Shown one piece after another: positions 38,013-46,983 of a stretch of DNA of 51,039 nucleotides. The notes beneath the pieces were generated by a model. The model saw only the letters and a program-made list of their open reading frames with translations. It was not told the origin of the DNA and did no database searches. The first letter of the stretch is position 1. Every line of letters starts with the position of its first letter. Source of the DNA: an uncultured Prevotellaceae bacterium. GTDB taxonomy: Bacteria; Bacteroidota; Bacteroidia; Bacteroidales; UBA3663. The translations under genes were made by a program, and so were the position numbers. The DNA lies in contig CAZGZL010000003.1 of assembly GCA_964530595.1 (NCBI GenBank), forward strand, positions 1 to 51,039, written 5' to 3'.

Positions 38013-40127
38013 TCACAAGCAATGGAGCGCTATCTGATAAACCGCCGTAGCGATACACCATGCAATGCCTGTAGTGTAGAGCGCTGTAAATAGCGCCCAG
38101 CCCCAATGATTGGATTCGCGCCGTATGGCAGCGAGCGTGGCAATGCATGGGAAATACAACAGGCAGAAAATCATGAAGCTCAGTGCTGCTGCAGGAGTGA
38201 TCTCGTTGGCTAACTGTGCAGCCAACTGTGACGTCTGTTCGGCGTCGTCGGTATCGACCTGTTCGCCGCTGTAGAGGACGCCCAAGGTGCTCACAACGAT
38301 CTCTTTGGCTCCTAAACCTGCCAACAAGCCGACATCCATCTTCCAGTTGGCGCCCATCGGTTCGAACACCGGTTCAACCCAATGGCCCAACTGTCCGAGG
38401 TAGGAGTTCTCCTGTTGTTCCTGCACGGTGTCGTAGGCGTTGTGATTCGGGAAATATCCTAACACCCAAATGATGATGCTCGCCAAAAGGATGATGTGCG
38501 ACATCTTGTGCAAGTATTGGCGGCCACGTTCCCATGTGTGTCTGAGGACGGATTTTAACAACGGCAAGCGATAGTTGGGCAACTCCATCATGAACGGGCG
38601 ATTGTCATGGTTGGGCAAGACGATGCTCAGAACCTTGGCAGAAAGGATGGCGATAAGAATGCCTGTGACATAGAGGGCAAAGAGTACCATCCCGGCACGC
38701 CCGGGGAAGAGCGCTCCTGCCAAGACCAAATAGATGGGGAGACGGGCACTGCATGACATGAAAGGGGTGACCAACATCGTGACGAGACGCGCCTTGCGAT
38801 TTTCGATCATACGGGTAGACATCACCGCCGGAACGTTGCAACCGAAGCCCATAATCATGGGGATGAAAGATTTGCCATGCAGACCGAAGGAACGCATGAG
38901 GCGATCCATGATATAGGCGGCACGCGCCATATAGCCGGAGTCTTCAAGCAGGGAAATGCAAGCGTAAAGAATCAGGATGTTCGGTAAGAAAACAATAACA
39001 CCGCCGACACCGCCGATGACACCATCGATCAAAAGATCTTTCAGCACGCCGTCCGGCATGATTTGCATCAACCAATCGCTGAGCAAGGCGATGCCGCTAT
39101 CCATCCACGACATCGGGTAATCGCCCAACGAATAAGTGACCTCGAACATCAAATAAAGGATCAGAAAGAAGATGGGATAGCCCCAAAACTTATGGGTAAC
39201 GATGCGATCCAACCGAACGGTGGCGCGCTCTTTTTCGGTCTGAACACGATAGATGCCCTCCAAGGTGCGATCTACAAAGTTGAAGTGCGCCGCAGCTTCG
39301 GCGTGCTCCGTGCAACTCACGATGGGGAAAGAATAGGCACGCTTGGGCGCCGCACAAACCGTCTCGAATAGTTCCTGAAGCCCCTTTCCGCTACGGCTGT
39401 CGGTCGGAACGCAAGGCATCCCGAGACGCTCGGAAAGTTTGTCAACTTCCAACGTACGACCATTTGCCGTGAGTTCGTCGTACATATTGAGGGCTGCCAC
39501 CATGGGGATTCCCAAGGGAAAGAGCTGTGTGGTCAAGAAGAGGTTGCGTTGCAGGTTGGTAGCGTCGAGGACGTTGATGATAACATCCGGACGATGTTCC
39601 GAGAGGTATTGTTCTACATATTTCTCCTCCGGAGAGAACGAGGCTAACGAATAAGTGCCCGGCAGATCGACCAAGCGAATCTTGACACCTTGGAAGGTGA
39701 AATGTCCCTCTTTGCTGTCGACAGTCACTCCGCAATAATTTCCTTCGCGTTCATGACCTCCGGAGATCTGGTTGAAGAGGGTCGTCTTGCCACAGTTCGG
39801 ATTTCCGATGAGAGCGACCATCAGCTCGCGATCCGTCACCGGAGGTGCCGCTTCGACATGACAGCGATGTATTCCGCAGCCGGAGCATGTGGCACAGAGT
39901 CCGCGCTCGACGGCGATTTCTATATGTTCTGCCTCAGTGCGGCGGAGTGTGATGCTGGAACCTTTCACCATAAACTCGATGGGATCCGACATCGGCGCTT
40001 TCGTTTCAGTTTTGATCTCGACATCTTCAACAAATCCCATCTCTTCCAATCGGCGCACGAAAGCCGGATCTCCGGTCACCCGCTTGATGTAGGCACGCTG
40101 TCCGATGGATAATTCTGATAATTTCAT
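38013..40127 (-). CDS. feoB: Ferrous iron transporter FeoA-FeoB fusion
   Basis: FeoA (RRLEEMGF...APMSDPI...ITLRRTEA); G1 GNPNCGKT, G2 GVTVD, G3 DLPG, G4 NMYD; membrane part LEDSGYMARAA, GFGCNVPA, PFMSCSARLP, LYFPCIAT. Confidence 0.95.
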   Translation of the reverse strand: MKLSELSIGQRAYIKRVTGDPAFVRRLEEMGFVEDVEIKTETKAPMSDPIEFMVKGSSITLRRTEAEHIEIAVERGLCATCSGCGIHRCHVEAAPPVTDRELMVALIGNPNCGKTTLFNQISGGHEREGNYCGVTVDSKEGHFTFQGVKIRLVDLPGTYSLASFSPEEKYVEQYLSEHRPDVIINVLDATNLQRNLFLTTQLFPLGIPMVAALNMYDELTANGRTLEVDKLSERLGMPCVPTDSRSGKGLQELFETVCAAPKRAYSFPIVSCTEHAEAAAHFNFVDRTLEGIYRVQTEKERATVRLDRIVTHKFWGYPIFFLILYLMFEVTYSLGDYPMSWMDSGIALLSDWLMQIMPDGVLKDLLIDGVIGGVGGVIVFLPNILILYACISLLEDSGYMARAAYIMDRLMRSFGLHGKSFIPMIMGFGCNVPAVMSTRMIENRKARLVTMLVTPFMSCSARLPIYLVLAGALFPGRAGMVLFALYVTGILIAILSAKVLSIVLPNHDNRPFMMELPNYRLPLLKSVLRHTWERGRQYLHKMSHIILLASIIIWVLGYFPNHNAYDTVQEQQENSYLGQLGHWVEPVFEPMGANWKMDVGLLAGLGAKEIVVSTLGVLYSGEQVDTDDAEQTSQLAAQLANEITPAAALSFMIFCLLYFPCIATLAAIRRESNHWGWALFTALYTTGIAWCIATAVYQIALHCL

Positions 40128-40365
40128 AAATCTACACTTATAAACGGCTGCAAATATCGGAATTATACCGACGAAGCACAATCATTACTTGTAGGTAATT
40201 CACGAAAAAGTTTCACAGGCAGTATTCCGAGGGAGATTCACAGCCTATCGGTAGAACTGATTAGCCCGCTCAATATCTTCATCTGATCCTATTTTGACTT
40301 TAACTTGTCCGCAGCTCCTTATGTTTCATCCTCTGATATTAACAAGAGATGACGCAAAGTGACAC

Positions 40366-40405
40366 AAAAATCCCCGACGCGGATGTTCATCTGCATCGGG
40401 GATTT
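40366..40405 (-). terminator. Intrinsic terminator after alkaline phosphatase
   Basis: AAATCCCCGA...TCGGGGATTT stem with a T-run on the minus strand. Confidence 0.8.
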
Positions 40406-40452
40406 CTCACAGTAGAAACATAGCGGAATGAGCGTGCCTCTACGCCACCAAT

Positions 40453-41904
40453 TTATTGGGGAATGGTATATCCTGCAATTTCGGCAATGATACGAGGGAT
40501 GCGGGCATTATCATTATGACCGCTGAAACGTTCTGCACCGACGCCACAAGCATACACAGGTACCAATCCGGCAGAGTGTCCGCCGGTGCACCACGTGAGT
40601 CCCGCCTTGGCGTTGATGATGCGATTGGCTTCGCCTGCCAACGGTTCATTCTCGCTGTACAGATTCTTCTCCGTCGGCATTTGTCCGCGGAAAGACTTCG
40701 TGTAAATAGTGTAGAGAGCTTTCTCCTCGTCTTCGGTCAACTCGATCGCATCCCAGAAACCGTAGTTCTCTGTGAGCGCCGCTTTGACTTGCTCCCACGT
40801 GACACGGTTGGAAGTCTGTGCACGCAGATCGTGCAAGATGGCGGTGAAGGCATCTTGGCTACACTTTTGATGTCCCAACAAGGCGAGGTTCAGCTCTTTG
40901 GAACGATTGCCGTTGATCACCAAACCTCCTGTTTCGTGGTCGGCTGTGAGGACAATCAACGTCTCGTCCGGATGACGGAGATAGAAATCATAGGCAATGC
41001 GGATGCAGCTATCTACGGCAGCGACTTCGGCAAAGGCTGTGGCGCCGTCGTTGGCATGACATGCAAAGTCAACTTTACCGCCGATTTCATTCATCAAGAA
41101 GAAGCCATTGGTCGAATCTTTCATCAAGAAGTCAATTTCGGCTTGCAGCACCTGAGGAATAGTCAACTGTCCGGGCTGCGCGTCGATGGCATACGGCAAG
41201 CTGAAAGCGTCACGATCTGAAACCTCTTGAGTCTGGAATAAGATCATACGATCGGCATCCGGAGCTTTGGCAACAAAATCCTCGTAGCCACGAGCAATGA
41301 CGTAGCCTGAATCGGTGGCTACGGTGTAGAGGTCCGCAGTGCCGAGACTGTCAGCGGGAGATTGCGCTTGGTTGAAGTCCGAACCGCCATAGAAGTCAAA
41401 GCCTGCTACAGGCAAATCTAAGCCGATCTGATAGTACATTCCGCGATCGGGACGATGAGCGTAGAATGCCGCAGGCGTAGCGTGGTTGACACAAACGCTG
41501 GTAGCGACACCCACACGAGCTCCCGAGTTTTTAGCCCAAACTGCGACTGAGTAAATGGGCGTTTCATGATCGGCAGCAATGCCGACGGCTCGGTTATAGG
41601 TTTTGTTGCCGGAAGCCAAAGCGGTTCCCGATGCGGCGGAATCCGTGACGCCATGACTTGCAGAGTAGGTACTGGAGACGCCGACAACAGGGAACTGCGT
41701 TAAGCAGAGTTGTTTGCGTCCTATGCGCCCTTCGAGCTCGGCTTGATACATTTCCGCACCCAAAACGGTGTTAACGCCCGTACCATCGCTAATGAAATAG
41801 AAAACATACTTAGCATGGGGGACAGCGGTCTGTTTTTGTTCGCTCGGCGTACATCCGGTGAGCAAAAGCGCCGCTGAACAAAGCAATAATGTAGAACGAT
41901 TCAT
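40453..41904 (-). CDS. Alkaline phosphatase (PhoA family), lipoprotein
   Basis: Lipobox LLTGC; SDGTG, TDSAASGTA (catalytic Ser), HATPAAF, D..CH.ND, TADHETGG, GHS. Confidence 0.92.
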   Translation of the reverse strand: MNRSTLLLCSAALLLTGCTPSEQKQTAVPHAKYVFYFISDGTGVNTVLGAEMYQAELEGRIGRKQLCLTQFPVVGVSSTYSASHGVTDSAASGTALASGNKTYNRAVGIAADHETPIYSVAVWAKNSGARVGVATSVCVNHATPAAFYAHRPDRGMYYQIGLDLPVAGFDFYGGSDFNQAQSPADSLGTADLYTVATDSGYVIARGYEDFVAKAPDADRMILFQTQEVSDRDAFSLPYAIDAQPGQLTIPQVLQAEIDFLMKDSTNGFFLMNEIGGKVDFACHANDGATAFAEVAAVDSCIRIAYDFYLRHPDETLIVLTADHETGGLVINGNRSKELNLALLGHQKCSQDAFTAILHDLRAQTSNRVTWEQVKAALTENYGFWDAIELTEDEEKALYTIYTKSFRGQMPTEKNLYSENEPLAGEANRIINAKAGLTWCTGGHSAGLVPVYACGVGAERFSGHNDNARIPRIIAEIAGYTIPQ

Positions 41905-41967
41905 CTGATTGTATAATTTAGGTTGAACGAAAGTCTGGTTGAAATGATTTCGATGAATTTTCAGGAT

Positions 41968-42018
41968 AAAACATACGGCACGCCGTGTCCCCGTTTCGAG
42001 GATGTGACGTACCGCATG
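41968..42018 (-). terminator. Intrinsic terminator after the carboxylase operon
   Basis: Minus-strand CAUGCGGUACG...CGUGCCGUAUG stem (G-U pairs form only on the minus strand) followed by UUUU. Confidence 0.7.
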
Positions 42019-42047
42019 ATGAGAAATTGTATATGTCCTCCGCAGAG

Positions 42048-43499
42048 TTATACCGGCATATTGCCGTGCTTCTTAGGCGGGTTACTTTGATTTTTGTTGC
42101 GAGTCATGTCGAGGGCTGCGATCAGAGCACGACGCGTATCCGAGGGCTGGATGATGTCGTCGATGTACCCCAACTCAGCAGCAGGCATCGGATTAGCGAA
42201 CTTAGCCTCATATTCCTTAACCTTGGCAGCCTTCTCCTCTTCGCTACACTTGCGATACAAGATGTTGACAGCACCCTGAGCGCCCATGACGGCAATCTCA
42301 GCGCCGGGGTATGCCAAGTTGACATCAGCACCGATCTGCTTGCTGTTCATGACGATGTAAGCACCACCGTAAGCCTTGCGAGTGATGAGGGTAATCTTCG
42401 GAACCGTGGCTTCGGCAAAGGCGTAAACAACCTTAGCACCGTGACGAATGATGCCATTATGCTCCTGATTAACACCGGGCAAGAAGCCGGGTACGTCCTC
42501 AACAGCAATCAACGGAATGTTGAAGCAATCGCAGAAGCGGATGAAGCGTGCCGCCTTGTCGCTGGCGTCAATATCAAGCGCACCCGCCAAATAGTTCGGC
42601 TGGTTAGCTACGAAACCTACCGTACGACCTGCCATACGTCCAAAGCCGATGACGATGTTCTTGGCGTAGTGGGGCATGATTTCGAAGAAATATTGGTGGT
42701 CGCACACCGGCTCGATGATGTTGCGGATGTCATAAGGGATATTCGGATCAGCGGGAACCACATTATCCAATTCGTGACAGATGCGCGTCAATTCGTCCGT
42801 TGCGGGATGAACGGGCGCGTCTTCCATGTTGTTGCTGGGCAAGAAACCGATCAATTCACGGATCGTCATCAACGTTTCCTCATCATCGTTGCACATAAAG
42901 TGGCTGACACCGCTGACCGAGTTGTGCGTCATAGCGCCGCCCAAAGTCTCCTTATCGCAATCTTCGTTCGTCACGGAACGAACTACATCCGGACCTGTGA
43001 TGAACATCTGGCTTTCCTCCTTCACCATCAAGATAAAGTCCGTCAAAGCGGGCGAATAGCAACTACCGCCGGCACAAGGACCCATGATTGCCGAGATCTG
43101 CGGAATAACGCCGGACGCCATCACGTTGCGACGGAAGATGTGTGCAAAACCGGTAAGGCTCTCCACACCCTCTTGAATACGTGCGCCGCCCGAATCGTTC
43201 AAGCCAATGATCGGCGCACCGTTCTTGAGCGCCATATCCTGCACCTTGGCGATCTTCTGCGCGTTAGCCGCGCTCAGTGAACCGCCAAGCACGCTGAAGT
43301 CGAAAGCGTACACGAAGACCAGACGGCCATCAATTTTGCCGTAGCCGCTGACTACGCCGTCGCCCGGCACGCGTTTGTTCTCCATGCCGAAGTTGTTGCA
43401 ACGGTGCATCACATATTTATCTACCTCAACGAATGTACCTTTGTCCAAAAGGATGTCGATACGTTCGCGAACATTGAGTTTCTTCTGATTATTTTCCAT
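42048..43499 (-). CDS. pccB: Acyl-CoA (propionyl/methylmalonyl-CoA-type) carboxyltransferase beta subunit
   Basis: RERI..LLD, GDGVV.GYG, DSGGARIQEG, GPCAGG..YSPALTDF, DVPGFLPG, RKAYGGAY, KKHGNMP. Confidence 0.9.
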   Translation of the reverse strand: MENNQKKLNVRERIDILLDKGTFVEVDKYVMHRCNNFGMENKRVPGDGVVSGYGKIDGRLVFVYAFDFSVLGGSLSAANAQKIAKVQDMALKNGAPIIGLNDSGGARIQEGVESLTGFAHIFRRNVMASGVIPQISAIMGPCAGGSCYSPALTDFILMVKEESQMFITGPDVVRSVTNEDCDKETLGGAMTHNSVSGVSHFMCNDDEETLMTIRELIGFLPSNNMEDAPVHPATDELTRICHELDNVVPADPNIPYDIRNIIEPVCDHQYFFEIMPHYAKNIVIGFGRMAGRTVGFVANQPNYLAGALDIDASDKAARFIRFCDCFNIPLIAVEDVPGFLPGVNQEHNGIIRHGAKVVYAFAEATVPKITLITRKAYGGAYIVMNSKQIGADVNLAYPGAEIAVMGAQGAVNILYRKCSEEEKAAKVKEYEAKFANPMPAAELGYIDDIIQPSDTRRALIAALDMTRNKNQSNPPKKHGNMPV

Positions 43500-43571
43500 A
43501 ATTCATGATTTTTACCATTCAGAGGGAGAACGATTGTCTCTGCGTCCCCCACTCCCGATGAATTTTAATAA

Positions 43572-44090
43572 TTACTCGCCCTGATTTAATTTCAGAGAGA
43601 TAAGCGCCTGCTCCACCATCACGGAGTCGCCTTCGCTGACCATTACAGCTGCCACTTCACAGTCTTCGCTGACGGTGATGTTGCTCTGCATTTTCATCGC
43701 CTCCATCGTGAGCACCGTGTCGCCGGCCTTGAGTTGGTCGCCGGGCTGTACGTACACCTTGACGATCTTGCAAGGCATCGGAGCTGTAATCTTGTCAGCC
43801 TGCTTTTCGCCGCCCTGCTGCTTACGCAGACGCATATACTTGGCCTGCGAATCCATCATGTCGATCTGGTAGGTGGAATAATTCATGTTGACCTGATAAT
43901 GCTTCCCGTTCATCGAGCGCACCATCTCTGCGTTGTAGGAATTTCCGTCGTGCAAGATCGAACAGATTCCGTTCTCAAGCATGGCGACGTCCACGTCGTA
44001 AACCTTGCCGTCGATGTCAATTTTGACTTTATTGCCCTCCTTACTGATGAGGGTCACTTCGGCGAGTCTGTTACCGATTTGTATTTCCAT
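43572..44090 (-). CDS. Biotin carboxyl carrier protein (BT domain + biotinyl domain)
   Basis: ITAPMP.KIVK, MEAMKM biotinylation motif. Confidence 0.93.
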   Translation of the reverse strand: MEIQIGNRLAEVTLISKEGNKVKIDIDGKVYDVDVAMLENGICSILHDGNSYNAEMVRSMNGKHYQVNMNYSTYQIDMMDSQAKYMRLRKQQGGEKQADKITAPMPCKIVKVYVQPGDQLKAGDTVLTMEAMKMQSNITVSEDCEVAAVMVSEGDSVMVEQALISLKLNQGE

Positions 44091-44117
44091 ATTTTACTTT
44101 TTATTCATTTAATAATA

Positions 44118-45644
44118 TCACACGCGCAGAACGCCCTTCTGGAGACCGAAGGCACGCCAACGGCTCAACGCCGATCCACCCTCATTGTTCGTTGAAGTAG
44201 CCGAAGCGCCGCCATTTTCCTCGATGTTCATCAAGTAGTCAATGTAGGCTGCAATGATTGCCATCTGTTCGCCTTCGTTCTTGAAACCGGGACGCGGACG
44301 CAGACGATCAGCGTTGCGTTCAATGAAATCGGTGTTGTAGTTACCCTCCTTGAACGATGGAACGTCGATGATACGACGCAGGTAACGGATGTTGGTCAAA
44401 AGACCTGTCACCTTGAATTCATAGAGGGCACGACGCATACGCTCGATCGCATACTTGCGATTGGACGCCCAAACGATCAATTTTCCGATCATCGGGTCGT
44501 AGTACATCGGAATCTCATATCCTTCGTAAACGTAGCTGTCGATACGGACGCCGGCGCCGTGAGGCTCGGTGAGCTGCTTGATGACGCCCGGCGAGGGACG
44601 GAAATTGTTCTCCGTATCTTCAGCGCAGATACGGCACTCAATAGCGTGACCACGCTGGTGAATATCCTCCTGAGTGAAGGAGAGCGGCTGCCCGTCGGCG
44701 ATCAAGATCTGTTCTTTCACCAAGTCGACACCAACCACCTGTTCCGTGATTGGGTGTTCCACTTGGAGACGTGTATTCATTTCGAGGAAATAGAAATTCT
44801 TGTGCTTATCCACCAAGAACTCGATGGTACCGGCGCCGACATAGCCGACAGCTTTAGCCGCGGCAACAGCCTTCTCACCCATCTGACGACGCAGATCCGG
44901 ATCGAGGAACGGAGAGGGAGACTCTTCGACGATCTTCTGGTGACGGCGCTGCACCGAACATTCACGGTCGCAGAGATGGATCACGTTACCGTGTTTGTCA
45001 CCCAAGATTTGGAACTCAATGTGGTGCGGTTCCTCAACGAACTTCTCAATATATACGGTATCGTCGCCGAAAGAGGACATTGCCTCGCTCTTAGCTGCAT
45101 TATAAGATTCTACGACTTCCGATTCGCTGTGGATTAGGCGCATACCCTTTCCACCACCACCCATCGACGCTTTAAGCATGACGGGGAAGCCGATAGCCTT
45201 ACAAACGCCAATAGCTTCCTCTGGGCTGTTCAGTTGCTCCTGCGTTCCGGGGACAACGGGCACTCCGGCAGCGATCATTCGGATGCGCGCTTGAATCTTG
45301 TCACCCATGTCTTCCATGGTCTCCGGTCGGGGGCCAATGAAGATGATCCCTTCTTCCTCGCAACGGCGAGCAAAGTGCGCGTTTTCGGACAAGAAGCCAT
45401 AACCGGGATGGATGGCATCGGCCTTATGCTTCTTGGCAGCAGCAATAATCTTCTCGATGTCAAGATAACTCTCGGAAGATGCAGCGCCACCGATGCACTC
45501 AGCTTCGTTGGCGTATAATACGTGGCGCGATGTACGATCGGCTTCGCTGAAGACAGCTACCGAACGGATGCCCATCTCATAGCAAGAACGCATCACGCGG
45601 ATGGCGATCTCGCCTCGGTTGGCAATCAAAATTTTTCTAATCAT
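44118..45644 (-). CDS. accC: Biotin carboxylase subunit
   Basis: KILIANRGEIA, HPGYGFLSEN, KAS.GGGGKGMR, RECSVQRRHQK, FLEMNTRLQVEHP, YYDPMIGKLI. Confidence 0.96.
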   Translation of the reverse strand: MIRKILIANRGEIAIRVMRSCYEMGIRSVAVFSEADRTSRHVLYANEAECIGGAASSESYLDIEKIIAAAKKHKADAIHPGYGFLSENAHFARRCEEEGIIFIGPRPETMEDMGDKIQARIRMIAAGVPVVPGTQEQLNSPEEAIGVCKAIGFPVMLKASMGGGGKGMRLIHSESEVVESYNAAKSEAMSSFGDDTVYIEKFVEEPHHIEFQILGDKHGNVIHLCDRECSVQRRHQKIVEESPSPFLDPDLRRQMGEKAVAAAKAVGYVGAGTIEFLVDKHKNFYFLEMNTRLQVEHPITEQVVGVDLVKEQILIADGQPLSFTQEDIHQRGHAIECRICAEDTENNFRPSPGVIKQLTEPHGAGVRIDSYVYEGYEIPMYYDPMIGKLIVWASNRKYAIERMRRALYEFKVTGLLTNIRYLRRIIDVPSFKEGNYNTDFIERNADRLRPRPGFKNEGEQMAIIAAYIDYLMNIEENGGASATSTNNEGGSALSRWRAFGLQKGVLRV

Positions 45645-45848
45645 ATATTATCATATATTTTAAGTAACAAATCATCGCCGACAGATCGGCTTTTGAGGAT
45701 TCAGCTATGCGCTTTTGTTGCGCTGGTGAAAACATATTGCGCGACGAAAATACAAAGAAATATTGGATTTCCTATATTCTCGTCGCGCAAAGTGTTATTT
45801 TCAGTCTCTGAATGTCAGTTTTTGACAATTTTGCGTTACGCTTTTTTC

Positions 45849-46808
45849 TTATTGTGTACGGACTTGTTTACGCGCTTGATAGAGCTGATATGAATTGATC
45901 ACGTTGTGCCAAACGCTATAGAATCCACCTACAATGGCAGTTACCGGCGTGAGGAATGTGTATGCCAACCAAATGGCAAAAACCGTATTCTTCTGCCCTA
46001 AGGCCTGCCCTGCCGCGATCCTGTCGTTGGAGCGTGCACCAATTTTCCGCCCGGCACGGAACTGCACTAAGCAACAGATTAAGGAGATGACTGCCAAACC
46101 TACCATTGTCCAAATGGAGACGTCGCTATGCACAATAGACTTCACCGTGACGGTAATAGCCAACGCCAACGAAACGCACCACAAATAGAACGCCCAATTA
46201 GAGTGTTGCGCGATGCGGTCATGAAATTTCGGGAAGAAATGACGCAATAGCCACGCCACAGCCATCGGGCAGATCAAAAGCGGGAACACCTTGCCGACAA
46301 TCATAAAGAAAGAGACGCCGAAGGTCAGTCCCTCGTGCGGATTGACGACAGGCAACCAAACCGGCGCCCAAAGGGAAATCACGAAGTTGCTGACGATAAT
46401 GTAGGTAATCAGGCTCGGAACGTGACCGCCTAACTTACCCACAATGACTGCCGAAGCAGTAGCCGTCGGACAGATCATACAGATCATGGCGCCTTCAAAC
46501 AGGACACGCGCCCAACCCTCCGGCACAGAGATGGCGCCAAGTGCCAACAACGCATACGATCCCGTCTGAATCAGCAACAACCAGAGGTGCCACATACGCG
46601 GATGCAGATCGCGCGGAGAGACTTTACAAAAAGTGAGAAACAGCATGGAGAAAATAAGCGCCGGCTGTACCACTGCTAAGGTTTCAGCCGCCCAAAGGTG
46701 CACTTGCGCCGAAAGCGGCAAACTGACGAACACCCAATAAGCCAACGCACCGGAAAGCATGGCGAAAGGCAACGACCAGTTTCGAATAAAGCGATATATT
46801 TGATTCAT
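45849..46808 (-). CDS. Bile acid:sodium symporter (BASS)-like transporter
   Basis: About 10 TM segments; MLFLTFCK, CPTATASAVI..KLGG, GQALGQKNT motifs. Confidence 0.8.
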   Translation of the reverse strand: MNQIYRFIRNWSLPFAMLSGALAYWVFVSLPLSAQVHLWAAETLAVVQPALIFSMLFLTFCKVSPRDLHPRMWHLWLLLIQTGSYALLALGAISVPEGWARVLFEGAMICMICPTATASAVIVGKLGGHVPSLITYIIVSNFVISLWAPVWLPVVNPHEGLTFGVSFFMIVGKVFPLLICPMAVAWLLRHFFPKFHDRIAQHSNWAFYLWCVSLALAITVTVKSIVHSDVSIWTMVGLAVISLICCLVQFRAGRKIGARSNDRIAAGQALGQKNTVFAIWLAYTFLTPVTAIVGGFYSVWHNVINSYQLYQARKQVRTQ

Positions 46809-46813
46809 ATGGG

Positions 46814-46821
46814 CAAAGGTA
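46814..46821 (-). promoter_or_regulatory. -7 element TACCTTTG, 5 nt before the ATG
   Basis: Minus strand TACCTTTG-CCCAT-ATG(46808). Confidence 0.6.
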
Positions 46822-46886
46822 GAGTATATTCATACAGCTTGTATGCAAAATATATTCCAAGCCCCCTGTTTTTTATTCAATATTAC

Positions 46887-46894
46887 TATCTTTG
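46887..46894 (+). promoter_or_regulatory. -7 element TATCTTTG of the NhaC-family gene
   Basis: TAnnTTTG 89 nt upstream of the ATG. Confidence 0.6.
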
Positions 46895-46983
46895 CAGGGT
46901 TTATATGCTAATTTGAGTGAGGAAAACGCATTATTCGCCGAAAACCTCATCACGAAACATACCCAAGCAACCCCTTCACATTA

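Noticed and set aside
40128-40365. Fur box, riboswitch or small ORF upstream of feoAB
   Set aside because: No convincing palindrome or riboswitch core; only 9-14 codon ORFs.
41985-43280. 431-aa plus-strand ORF
   Set aside because: Antisense shadow of the codon-biased carboxyltransferase gene; no recognisable motifs.
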